Assembly (NCBI RefSeq): GCF_964194155.1
Contig: NW_027596338.1
Location: forward strand, 62,001-126,000
Reading direction: 5' to 3'
DNA length: 64,000 bases
DNA from: Cetorhinus maximus
Taxonomy: Eukaryota
Shown here: piece by piece, positions 1 through 10,981 of the stretch
Numbering within the stretch: position 1 is the first letter of the stretch
Layout: every line of letters starts with the position of its first letter
Made by a program: the position numbers and the translations under genes
Notes under the pieces: generated by a model
What the model was told of the DNA's origin: nothing
Database searches by the model: none
Seen by the model: the letters and a program-made list of their open reading frames with translations, nothing else

Positions 1-135
1 TTATCTCTTGGCCAATGACACTGAAAAAAGCAGTAATCACATTGGTAATGCGACAGTGCTTACACTTCAAAAGTACTTCAATGACTTGTAAAGTACTTTG
101 GGATGTCATGAAAGGTGCTTTATAAAGGCATCATA
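1..135 (+). mobile_element. 3' end of Deu-domain tRNA-derived SINE (SacSINE1/AmnSINE1-like)
   Basis: tacacttcaaaagtacttc...gtaaagtactttgggatgtc...gaaaggtgctttataaa matches the reverse complement of the tail of the fuller copy at 46913-47332. Confidence 0.65.
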
Positions 136-669
136 TCTACCAAATTGTTTAGAATAGATAAGAGTTGTGTATTGCTGAGGAGACATGCTGCGAAGATTTT
201 CGTCTTGCACTTAGCAGATTGGTCAAGGTGTTACTTTGGACAATGCACCAAGGGAACTGTTTCCCCCCAGGCTTTTGTTTAATTCAAAAAAAGGCGTAAT
301 GTCTGGACATGTTCCTTTTGCCTGCAGAGGACAGGTTCCTGTTTCTGAATATATGTCGCTTCTGCTAAATCTTCTTGATCGGAACTCGTGTCCCCTGAGC
401 GTTAACCTGGACCGCTGGATTACTAGCCCAGTGACAGTACCACTACACTGCCATCTCCCCCGAAACTCTTTGGGCTACATTTAAGTTTTTGGTGGGTGGT
501 TGCACCTCAAGAAATTTTAGTGACTCTTGATGGCCTGTGTTGACAACTCTTGTTTGGACATGGAGGTAATTATTTGGCCTTGATCAACCATCCTGGCGTT
601 GACCGTTGATTAACTTGCCTTCGATATTTCCCCCCAATTTTTCAGAAATAAGATGAGGTTATGTTCTTT

Positions 670-910
670 TTTAGCCAGCTTAATGCCTTTTAAGGAAATG
701 TGTCCTCTTTTTCAATCCTCTTAATGCTTCTTAGGAAGATATTTTCCCTTTTTCCATATCTTAATGCCTTTTAAAGAAGATATTTTCCTTTGTTCAATTA
801 TCTTAATGCCTTTTGAGAAATGCTCTCTTTTTCAGTCATGTTAATGCCTTATAATATGCCGCCTCCATGCATTTGAGGAGATATTTGATCATCTTAATCC
901 TTGTTAAGAA
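670..910. repeat. Degenerate ~36-40 bp tandem array, left part
   Basis: About 7 copies of TCTTAATGCCTTTTAAGAAGATATGTCCTCTTTTTCAGTCA-like units. Confidence 0.85.
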
Positions 911-2378
911 GCTTTTCACAATTCTCCAGATTTTGGGAAGGTTCCATTAGATAGGCATATAGCAAATGTGATTCCTTTATTCAAGAAGGGAGGGAGACAG
1001 GAAGCAGGAAACTACAGGCTCGTTAGCTTAACATCTGTCATAGGAAAATGTTAGAAGCTATTATTAAAGATGTTATAGCAAGGCATTTAGAAAAACTCAA
1101 AGCAATCAGGCAGAGTCAACATGGTGTTTTGAAAGGGGAATCATGTTTAACCAATTTATTGGCGTTCTTTGAAGGAGCCACATGTGCTATGGATAAAGGG
1201 GAACCGGTAGATGTACTGTACTTAGATTTTCAGATGGCATTTGATAAAGTGCCACACAAACGCTATTGTGGAAAATAAAAGCTCGTGGGTGTAGGGATGT
1301 ATTGACATGGATAGAAGATTGGCTGGCTAACAGGAAACAGAGGGTAGCCATAAGTGGATTTTCTCTGGTTGGCAGCATGTGACGAGTGTTCTGCCGCAGG
1401 GATCAATGCTGGGACCTCAACTTTTTACAAATTATGTAAATGACTTGGATGAAGGGGCAGATGGTTTGGTGGCTACATTTGCTGCCGACACAAAGATAGG
1501 TAAGAAAGTAAGCTGTGAAGAGGACATAAAGAGGGAGACATAGATAGGTTAAGTGAGTGGACAAAGACCAGGCAAATGGAGTACAATGTGGGCAAATGTA
1601 AAATTGTTCATTTTGGCAGGAAGAATAAAAAAGAAGCATATTATCTAAATGGTGAGAGATTGCAGAGATCTAAGATTCTGGATGATCTGGGTGTCCTAGT
1701 GCATGAATCACAAAAGGTTAGTATGCAGATACAACAAGTGATTAGGAAAGCTAATAGAATGTAATAGTTTATGAGAGGTGAATTGAATACAAAAGTAGGG
1801 AGGTTATACTTCAGTTGTACAGGGCACTGGTGAGACCACGCCTGGAGAACTGTGTACAGTATTGGTCACCTTATTTAAGGAAGGTTGTAAGTGCATTGGA
1901 AGCAGTTCAGTGAAGGTTTACTAGACTAATACCAAGAATGGGTGGGTGTCTTATGAGGAAACATTGGACAGCTTAGGTTTGTATCCGCTGGAGTTTAGAA
2001 GAGTAAGAGGTGACTTGATAGAAACATTTATGATCCTGAGGGGTCAGTGGATGTGGAAAGGATGTTTTCTCGTGGGAGAATCTAGAACTAGGGGTCACTA
2101 TTTAAAAATAAGGGGTCGCTCATTTAAGACAGAGATGAGGAGAAATTTTTTCCCTCGGAGGGTGGTGGGTCATGAAACTCTCTTATTTGAAAAGCGGTGG
2201 AAGCAAGGTTTTTTTAATATTTTTAAGGCAGAGCTACATAGATTCTTGATTGACAAGGGGGTGACAGGTTATCAGGGGTAGGAGGAGGTTACAGTCAGAT
2301 CAGCCATGATTTTATTGAATGGCGGAGCAGACTTGAAGGGTCTTGTGGCCTACTCCTGCTCCTAGTTCATATGTTTGT
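911..2378 (+). mobile_element. 5'-truncated CR1 LINE (RT and 3' tail), frameshifted
   Basis: ORF fragments SQHG..KGESCLTNL, YLDFQMAFDKVPHKR, PQGSMLGP, FAADTK, RRVRGDLIETF, RTRGH; typical CR1 3' tail ending ~2375. Confidence 0.93.
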
Positions 2379-2725
2379 ATATGTCCTCATTTTGGTTATC
2401 TTAATGCATTTAAGAAGATATGTTCCCTTTTTCAGTCATCTCAATGCCTTCTGAGAAAATATGTTCTGTATCTTAATGCATTTTAGAACATTTGTCCTCT
2501 TTTCCAGTCATTTGGGAAGATGTGTTCTATTTATCAATCATCTTAATGCCGTTTGAGAAAATATGTCCTTTTTAGTCATCTCATGGCCTTTTAAGAAGAT
2601 GTGCTCTCCTTTTGCGAATGCCTTTTAAGATGTTCTCTTTTTCAGTCATCTTAATGTCTTCATCTTCATGTCTTTTGAGAAGATAGGTCCCCATATCCTT
2701 CAACATGTTAATGCCTTTTTGCGAC
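2379..2725. repeat. Degenerate ~36-40 bp tandem array, right part
   Basis: About 9 further TCTTAATGC(C/A)TTT units of the same family as 670-910. Confidence 0.85.
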
Positions 2726-2759
2726 GCATTTTTGGGGAAAGGGGCTTGTAATGGCTGGA

Positions 2760-3030
2760 GGGGCCGAATAACCACCCCAACCACGTGGTCCATATTTTGA
2801 ATTCCGACCGTTGGCGGGAAAGCTCGAGCCGCCCGCCGCCCGCGCGGGGTCTGGAGGTGGTGGGAAGCTGATTGGACGGCGGGCCGCCGCCGCGCGATGG
2901 ACGAAGCAGAAACGCCCGCCGTGATTGGTCACGGGGGCGTGGCGATGGCTGTCCGCGCCCCCTCCCTGCGGCCGCCCCGGTATTTAAGCCGTTATATGGA
3001 GGGGGAAGCGACGCCATTTGAGGATGTGAG
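2760..3030. promoter_or_regulatory. CpG-island promoter-like region
   Basis: E-box CACGTG 2782-2787, TTTGAA 2796-2801, E2F-type TTGGCGGGAAA 2811-2821, ATTGG (CCAAT) at 2871 and 2924, TATTTAA 2981-2987, YY1-like CGCCATTT 3012-3019, high CpG density. Confidence 0.7.
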
Positions 3031-3463
3031 GGGCTGGTCATGGAATAAAGTAGAAATAAAACATTATAAGAGGGAACACTGTTTTTGAAATAAGGTTACT
3101 CTAATCAGGAGAGGCTCCCCTTTGTTTTAAAAAGTGAAATAAAAGGCAGCCAGGACCTCGTTGGGATGCCAGTTTAGGCAGGGTCAAAGGTCACCCAAAC
3201 ATTGGCCAACTAATGTGGCTCTGACTGCATGTCAGAACTGTTGGACTTAAATGAAAAGTTTCCCTCTTAAGAGGAAAGATAGGCTTTAAGAGATAGGAGA
3301 GGTTGCGACGTAGTGGTAGAGCAAGTCAGTGAAGCGTGTCAGGTTGGAGGTAGGCAAGTGACCAGTGGTAGGCTGAAGAGTTGAAATAAGGCAGTAAAGG
3401 GTCTCAGAGCACCAAAGGTCCAGGTAAGACGAAATGGCAGGAGTTACGTGCACGCACACACAC

Positions 3464-3492
3464 CATCATCATCATCATCACACCATCATCAT
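3464..3492 (+). repeat. (CAT)n microsatellite
   Basis: catcatcatcatcatcacaccatcatcat. Confidence 0.9.
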
Positions 3493-3719
3493 TGCATGTG
3501 GGGCAAAAGGGAGAACGGCGCCAATTTCACTTGGGATTCGCCGAGTGCCCCTCACTCAAAGGGAGCCAGGGCGACGCCCTGGAGTGAATTGCTTTGGCGT
3601 TGCACCCTTCAGCCACCTTGCGGAGCCCTGGCCAACGTTGGCGCGTGGGAGATTTGGGTGCCCCACACCCGAAACGCGGCAAGCTGCCCCGCTGGCAGCA
3701 GCAAGCAATAAAGGGCAGC

Positions 3720-4470
3720 GAATGGCATGTCGGCTCTTCCCTTGCGAGGGAGGTGCTGTTTTAAGAGTAAGGAAGTTTTGCCCCCATTATACAAAGCCTC
3801 GGCGAGACCACGCCTGGAGCACATGTGCACAAGTTTCAGTCTCCTTAGCTAAGGAGACTTGCCTTTGGTGGGGATGCAGTGAGGGTTCACGAGATTGATC
3901 CCTGGGATGCTGGCATGGGGGTGAAGCGCAGAATGGCCTCCTTTCTCATTCCGTGAATCCCTACGAGAGGGCCGTCCTACAAGGTGAGACTGAAGTAGGG
4001 GAGCCTGTTAACGCTGGAGTTTGGAAGAATGGGAGGTGATCTGATTGAAACTTTGAAGATTCTTCGAGGGTTTGACGGGGTCGGTGCCGACAGACTGTTT
4101 CCCTCCTGCGGCTGTAAAGTCTAGAATGGGGGGGGGGGGGGGGGGGGGCGGGGGCGTCAGAGTCTCAGGGTGAGGGGTCGTTCATTTTGGACTGAGATGA
4201 GGGCAAATTCCTTCACTCGGAGGATTGTGAATCTTTGGAATTCTAAACCTCCTCCCCAAGAGCTGTGGATGCTCCGTCGCTAAGTCTATTCAAGTCTGAG
4301 ACCGATAGGAATTTGGGCGCGAAGGGATAGGGCGGGAAGGTGGAGTCGAGGCAGAAGATCAGCCACCATCCTATTGAATGGGGGAGGGGGGCAGGCCCGA
4401 GGAGCTAAATAGCCTCTCCCTGTTCCCTGTGCTGCCGAATGGCCTGTTTCTGTGCCCTATGTCCTGTGTG
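3720..4470 (+). mobile_element. Decayed CR1 LINE 3' fragment with poly-G tract
   Basis: gagaccacgcctggag, gaggtgatctgattgaaac, gtgaatctttggaattc and CR1 tail motifs; G-run 4127-4148. Confidence 0.75.
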
Positions 4471-5132
4471 GTTTCCGACAAGTGCCCCAGTTCCTTCTGC
4501 TAACGTCCCTCATGCGAAAAACCGACAGATTTGTAATAGCAGGCAGACCTTTAAACAGTGAATAAAAACGGGGCTCATGAAATAATTCATTATTTAGGAA
4601 GTAAATAGGAAGGGAAACCCCCGTTTAAAAATCGTACCATTGTAACTTATATTGACTTTCATCAATCTCTCAACCAAAATACAGCCGCTGACTCCCTCCC
4701 AAACCGGAGCTCAAATTCAGTGGTATTGTGGTCACCCTTTGCAATGCAGTCATTGACTGTTGGATGATTAACAAACCCCCCCGGTTGTCCCTCCTCTCTA
4801 ACTCTCGCCTGGCCTGTTCCCGAGCCAGTTTGAAAGTATACTGTTCTAGAAAAACTGTCCTGACTGTGTTCTAGAAATTTGAGACCGGGAGTAGAGTGCT
4901 GGTGTAGTGTTGTGGGTTTAAACTGCCCACCCGTGTACGTGACGGTGATGAGGAACGCTCGCATGTGGCTCCTGAATGATTTCACGAGCCCCATTTTTAT
5001 TCACTACTGTTTAAATCTCTGCCTATTATTACAAATGTGTTGGTTTTTGGCAGGAAGGATGTTAGCAGAAGGAATTGAGACACTGGTCGGAAACTACACA
5101 GGATTATACAGCACAGAAACAGACCAGTCGGC
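4434..5132. repeat. Inverted repeat, arms 4434-4589 and 4973-5132
   Basis: gtttccgacaagtgccccagttccttctgctaac...tgaataaaaacggggctcatgaaataattca is the reverse complement of the right arm (about 80% by eye). Confidence 0.85.
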
Positions 5133-6030
5133 CCAACCAGCCCATGCTGCTGTTTATGCTCGACTCGAACCTCCTCCGATATTCCTCATCCAAACCTCTC
5201 ATTGTAACCCCTCTATTCCTTTCTCCCTCATGTGTTCATCCAGCTTCCCCCTTAAATACATCTACACTATTCACCTCAACCACTCCCTGTGGGAGCGAGT
5301 CCCACATTCTCTCCCACTCTCTGGGTAAAGGAGTTTCTCCTGAATTCCCCATTGGATTTCGTGGTGACTGTCTTATATTGACAGTCTCTGGTTCTGCACT
5401 TCCCCACAAGAGGAAACGTTCTCTCTGTATCCACTCTTATCGAAACCTTTCATCATTTTAAAGACTTCTACTAGGTCACCCCTCAGCCTTCCATTTTTTC
5501 CAAAAGAGACCCACCCTGCCAACCCTTGCCTGATATATATAACCACGCATTTCTGGGATCATCCTTATAAATCTTCCCTGCGCCCTCTCCAGTGCCCCTG
5601 TATCCTTTTTATAATATGGTGAACAGTTCTGCACACAGTACCATAAATCTGGTCTAATCTCGGTTTGGTGCTGGTTTAGCAGAACTTCCCTACTTTTCAA
5701 TTCTAGCCCTCTAGAGATAAAGCCTGGTGTTTGTTTGCTTATTTTTATGGCCTCGCTAACCTGTGGCACGGTTTTCAATGATTGACATATTCGTAACCGA
5801 GACCCCTTTGTTCCTCTACTACACCTAGTCTACCATCTTCCAAGTAATTTGTGACCTCTCTGTTCTTCCTACCGAAATGAACTACCTCACATTTATCTGT
5901 GCTGAACTTTATTTGCCAATTATTTTCCCATCCTGCAGGTTTGTTGCTGTCCTCCTGTAATTTGTTGCAGCCCTTCTCAGTACTGACTCTTTCCCCCAGC
6001 ACCCCCCTGCCAATTTGCCGTCAGAGGCAA
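5095..6030 (-). mobile_element. CR1 LINE 3' fragment
   Basis: Minus ORFs WQIKFSTDKCEVVHFGRKN and RPDLWYCVQNCSPYYKKDTGALERAQGRFIRMIP. Confidence 0.9.
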
Positions 6031-6199
6031 ATTTAGAGAATGCATTGTGAAACTATTCCGATACTCCCGAGACTGATATAGTGCCGGATATAGCAGAATA
6101 CATATATTTCTTCTATTCCCCAAGACTTGCCCCAGTTTCAGTAGTATAATGCAGTCTTCCCTAGTTGAATATCTGATGAGAGATTAATCGCCTCCAAGC

Positions 6200-6600
6200 T
6201 TTTATTCTCATTCACGGGACTTGGGCACCGCTGGCAAAGTCAGGATTTAATGCCTTCCCCTAAATTGCTCCTTGAGAAAGTGGTGGCGAGCTGCTGCCTT
6301 GAGTATAACTGAGAGGCTTGCTAGGCCATTTCAGAAGGCAGTTAGGAGTCAACCATATTGTTGGGGCCTGGATTTACACGTGGGCCAGACCAGGTAAGGT
6401 TGGCAGATTTCCTTCCCTGAAGGACAGTAGTGACCCAGATAGGTTTTTACAACAATCAGATAGTTTCATGGTCACCGTCACTGAGACTAGCTTTCAATTC
6501 CAGATTTATTTAATGAACTGAATTTAAATTCCCTCCTGCCAGGTTAGGATCCAAACACACATCCAGGCCTCTGGATTATTAGCCTAATAACATAACCGCC
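6200..6600 (-). mobile_element. tRNA-derived SINE of a family with several copies in this window
   Basis: Body ggccagaccaggtaagg..ggcagatttccttccct shared with copies at 11560, 17320, 18350 and 21815. Confidence 0.8.
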
Positions 6601-7129
6601 CAAGCAATCCCGTTTTATAAAAGTCTGAAGGAGTTCTTCCAAAAACACCCTTATGACACCAGTTGTTGAACCGCACGTTGAACATTTTGATCTTGTCTAC
6701 TCTATGTCAAGTTACAGATGGATGAAATAGTAATCTAGAGGTTATTACTTTTGTTTTTGCTTTTTAATTTAGGCCCTAGCTGCTCATGCTCCCTGAGCAG
6801 AACCTCTTACACCATAATACCTATTTAGCTGGTACCTACATGAACCACGATAACTGGGCCCTCTCCCTCCCTCTCCACGTTACTCTGCAGCCCGAGGAGA
6901 TGTCCTTAAATCCATTACTGAGCACAGAATGCACAACATTCGGAACTCACACCCTTGGCTACTGTCCCCGACTATTCCTACATTTTGTTCTCTCCGCCAC
7001 CTCCCACCACCAACCTGAATGGTCCCCTGTAACTCGGTACCATGGTCACTTTGCTCATACATCATGCAGCTGTCCTCATGGCTCCAAGAACTTTGAATTT
7101 ATTGGACAAGTGCAAAGGCTAATGCGCTT

Positions 7130-7440
7130 CCAGTGCTACCTTCTTGATACCCATACCTGTATCACCAGTAGTCACACCGTCCCACGCCTGACCACAGACT
7201 AAATCTCAGACTAAAATTATGTAACTTAAGGTGAGTGGCTGCTTGCTGAATCAAATTGTCCAGGCAACTTTCTCCCCATTGTCCAAAGTTCAGGCTCCAG
7301 CTGAACAACTCTGAACTGAAGTTCCATGAACTGCACTTACTGCAGCTGTGGTTGCTGTGGATCACATTGGTGCCAACCAACTTCCAAATGCTACGGCTGC
7401 AACACATCATATCAAGTCAATTCTGATCTGGAAGTTGCTC
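7130..7440 (-). mobile_element. Decayed CR1 ORF1 5' fragment
   Basis: C..C..W.....C.KC..L-type ORF1 N-terminal remnant (compare 21175-21420). Confidence 0.45.
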
Positions 7441-7559
7441 AATATCAGAGTATTTCCATCATTTTCTATTTTTATTGCATATTTTCAGCATCCACAGTAT
7501 TTTTGCTTTTCTTTGACCAGGGAAATGTAAGAATATGGAAATCGTTATATTAAGAGTTT

Positions 7560-7920
7560 GCGAAGCATGTCTGAGCTGGGAACTCATGGGTACAATCACA
7601 CCACAAAAACACCGTCTACCAGCTGTATGTAGACACGGATTCACTTGGTCATCCCATTTACTGACACAAGAACACAGTCACGTCAGAGGGAGACCATTCA
7701 GATACTTTATATGCGCAGAGGGATCTATTCAGTATTTCCACTATTCAGCTTTAAAAGTTCAAAGCAATTGGTATACAATCAATTGGTGATGAGGAGCTGT
7801 TTAAATGTCTGTTTGCGAGAAAAGACACACTCGTTCACACCGCCTGCTAATAATCCAGTGAGTTCACATTTGACATTGAGGGTTTTTTCCTGCTGTTAAT
7901 CAAATCCAGGATAGAACTAT
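7560..7920 (+). pseudogene. Heavily decayed C2H2 zinc-finger stub
   Basis: ggattcacttggtcatcccatttactgacac, gagaccattcaga, gagttcacat...tgctgttaatcaaatccagga; homologous to 37030-37350 (minus) and 25330-25550. Confidence 0.7.
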
Positions 7921-8016
7921 GGATGCTGTGTCAACTGACTTAACCATTTTATATCCAGGGTTCAAATCGTAATCGGACCACGAAAGATGATGTTGTATTC
8001 GATGAAACAGGTTGTC

Positions 8017-8435
8017 GATGGCGGTGGTGGTTACCCAGCATTCACCGTGAGACAAAATGTGCCCTATCTGTACAACAGGCGATTGTTGCGCAGGCGCAGT
8101 GCTGCTCTGACTAGAGCATGCGCAGTGCGGGTGTTGGGTCTGGTCGGCCGGGCTGGTGTCGGAGCCGCAGGGAGACAGAAACTGACTGGAGGCGGCGGGT
8201 GAGTGAGGCCGAATGGAGCCGGCGGGTCGGGGTGGAGAGGCTTCAGAAACACCCGGTGTAGGCCGCAATCCTGGATCACAGCCTCCATGACCCGTGTTTG
8301 CAGCCCCGGGGCTTCTTCCCGGTGACAGAGCCGGGTTCAGGGGAAGAGGCTCCGGAGCGGGAGATTCAGAAACTGCGGGGAGTCCGCGGGCCGCCCGGGG
8401 GCTCAGAAACTGGGGGGACAGACTCAGGGTCCGGG
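8017..8435 (+). promoter_or_regulatory. ZNF promoter cassette and GC-rich first-exon region (gene 1)
   Basis: GATGGCG, SBS-like TTACCCAGCATTCACCGT 8031-8048, TGCGCAGGCGCA and GCATGCGCA NRF1-like sites, candidate donors GTGAGT ~8199 and GTAAGA ~8435. Confidence 0.7.
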
Positions 8436-9127
8436 TAAGACCCACCCGGGAGGGTCCCCCCTCCTGTGTCCCGCCCGACGGCAGCTGGGGTCCTGCCTGA
8501 GACCCTGAATCAGAGACACAGGAGCTGGAGAACTGAACCCAGGCAGAGGAGAGGGAGGGAGAAAACTGGGAGTGGAGGAAAGAAATGGTGGAGATGGTGA
8601 GATGGGTTTGGATTTCAGCCCAGGTAGGAGGGAGAGTGTGTGGGACGGGGATTTACAGCTTTGGGGGAACAAGAGAGGAATAAATGTTCCATAGAAACTA
8701 CAATTGTCTATTCTGAATTTCAGTCCTGGATTTAAAGCGATGACTTTTGTAAACTCGTTTTACAGGGTATTAAACGGAGGTGACTGGCAGACAGAAAACG
8801 CAAAGCAAACATCACATCAAGATCTGTCAGAGGCACTGAATTCATCAGGACCTGAGTATCATCAACTTTTGAATGTGGAAGGAGAAATGTTTGTCTATTC
8901 TGTCTTTGGGAAAGGATTTCAAACATCGGTGTGACTGGAAAAGCCTCAACACACACACACCCGAGTGAGAGTGTTCCAGTGAACTGACTTTGGAAAAAAC
9001 TTTAAGCAGTTACACAGTCTGCAAAAATATCGCACCATTCACAGCGGGGAGAAACTGTACATGTGTTGTGTGTGGACAAGGCTTCAACTAATCGTCCAAC
9101 CTGGAGAGAGACAAGGACCCCCACACC

Positions 9128-10291
9128 ATGGAAAAACCATGGAAATGTATGGACTGTGGGAAGGGATTCAATTTCCCATCCCAACTGGAAGTTCATCGGC
9201 GCAGTCATACTGGGGAGAGACCGTTCACCTGCTCCATCTGTGGGAAGGGATTCACCCATTTGTATAACCTTCGGACACACCAGCGAGTTCACACTGAGGA
9301 GAGGCCATTCACCTGCCCTGTGTGTGGGAAGGACTTCGCTCGGTCATCCCACATTGTGACACATCAACTTGTTCACACTGATAAGAGACCGTTTACATGT
9401 TCTGACTGTGAGAAGAGTTTTAAATGCAGAAAAGATCTGCTGATACATCAACGTATTCACACTGGGGAGAGGCCGTTCATCTGCTCCGTGTGTGGAAAGG
9501 GATTCATTCAGTCATCCCACCTTCTGACACATCAACTTGTTCACTCTGATAACAAATTTTTTAATTGTACTGACTGTGACAAGAGCTTTAAAAGCAAAAA
9601 GGATCTGCTAACACATCAATATACTCACACTGGAGAGAGGCCATTCACCTGTACTAACTGTGGGAAGGGATTCAGCCATCCGTCTGCCCTACTGAATCAC
9701 CAGCGAATTCACACTGGGGAGAGGCCGTTCACCTGCTCTGACTGTGGGAAGGGATTCATTAATTCATCCAACCTTCTGATACACCAGCAACTTCAGACGG
9801 GGGATAGACCGTTCACCTGCTCTGACTGTGGGAAGGGATTCACCCGTTCATCTAACCTTCTGACACATCAGCAGGTTCACACTGAGGAGAGACCGTTCAC
9901 TTGCTCCGTGTGTGGGAAGGGATTCACTCGGTCATCCAACCTATTGAATCACCAGCGAGTACACAGTGGAGAGAGGCCGTTCACCTGCTCTGTGTGTGGG
10001 AAGGGATTCACTCAGTTATCCAACCTGCTGACACACCAGAGCATTCACAGTGGGGAGAGGCCATTTACCTGCTCTGTGTGTGGGAAGAGATTTTCTCATT
10101 CATCCTATCTGCTGAAACACCAGCGAGTTCACAGTGGGGAGAGGCCGTTCACCTGTAATGCCTGCGGAAAGGCATTCACTCAGTCATCACCCCTGCGAAC
10201 ACACCAGTGGATTCACAAGCGATTGCAAGGTTTGGATTCTACTCCTGTTGATGCTGTTAATCATACCAGGACTGAACCATGTTCATTCTGA
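9128..10291 (+). CDS. C2H2 zinc-finger protein (gene 1), 387 aa, 13 fingers (one lacks second His), no KRAB
   Basis: Intact ORF MEKPWKC... with TGERPF linkers; acceptor ttttacag at 8765; AATAAA at 10326 and 10337. Confidence 0.9.
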   Translation: MEKPWKCMDCGKGFNFPSQLEVHRRSHTGERPFTCSICGKGFTHLYNLRTHQRVHTEERPFTCPVCGKDFARSSHIVTHQLVHTDKRPFTCSDCEKSFKCRKDLLIHQRIHTGERPFICSVCGKGFIQSSHLLTHQLVHSDNKFFNCTDCDKSFKSKKDLLTHQYTHTGERPFTCTNCGKGFSHPSALLNHQRIHTGERPFTCSDCGKGFINSSNLLIHQQLQTGDRPFTCSDCGKGFTRSSNLLTHQQVHTEERPFTCSVCGKGFTRSSNLLNHQRVHSGERPFTCSVCGKGFTQLSNLLTHQSIHSGERPFTCSVCGKRFSHSSYLLKHQRVHSGERPFTCNACGKAFTQSSPLRTHQWIHKRLQGLDSTPVDAVNHTRTEPCSF

Positions 10292-10981
10292 CTGTCCTGA
10301 TCTGTTGATGAGGTTCAATATTCTGAATAAATGTGAAATAAATCAGCTTTGTTTGTATATTTTTGTTTTTCCCCACCTGAGTGTTTAACATCACCTGGCT
10401 GGAATCAGAAAGGACAATCTGGGGGAGGATCTTACGGTAGGAACAGAACTTCAGCCTGGACACAGTCCATCAGGGTCACACTAAGGGAGCCCTAAACAAC
10501 ACTTTGGTCTTTCTTATCTTTCTTCACTGACGGCACAATCCCCATGTGGGTGAATCCTGAGGTGTGTAAGAAATGTGTCTCAGTTGCTCTCTTCCATGGT
10601 TCAGAGCTCCTAGACACAGAACAGAAGGCTCTTTTACAACTGGAATTAGAGTCAGGAAGAACAACGGTGAATGCTGGAAACGTGCTGTCAAATCAAAGGT
10701 TGGTGTAAAATTGTGATCTGTTCCTGACTGAAAGTGAAACAGCAGGTTTAAGTTTCCAGACGGAAAATGGTTCTTAATAAGTCTAAAATGGTTCAACGTG
10801 TTTGTGTGTCAGTCCCGAGTCACTGAATCGAAACATGCTGAAACTTATTGGGTTAAAATCTGCATTAAACTAGAAGCTGGAGGAGTTCACAGGAGGCTGT
10901 TAACTGCTGGGACAATAATACAACAGTTTGATTCCCAGATAAAGAACGACCTGCAGCGTGTGTCCAAGAATTCCCGGTTTT

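Noticed and set aside
2581-2793. 70-aa minus ORF starting in the CpG island
   Set aside because: Most of it is translated minisatellite; no family similarity recognised
3434-3898. 154-aa ORF with poly-His
   Set aside because: His run is a (CAT)n microsatellite and the 3' half is decayed CR1
4945-4975. C/D box snoRNA (GTGATGA...CTGA)
   Set aside because: Only about 30 nt between boxes and no terminal stem
8932-9091. Selenocysteine decoding of the recurrent in-frame TGAs
   Set aside because: They align with Arg/Ser/Leu/Trp rather than Cys, one is TAA, and I could not identify a SECIS
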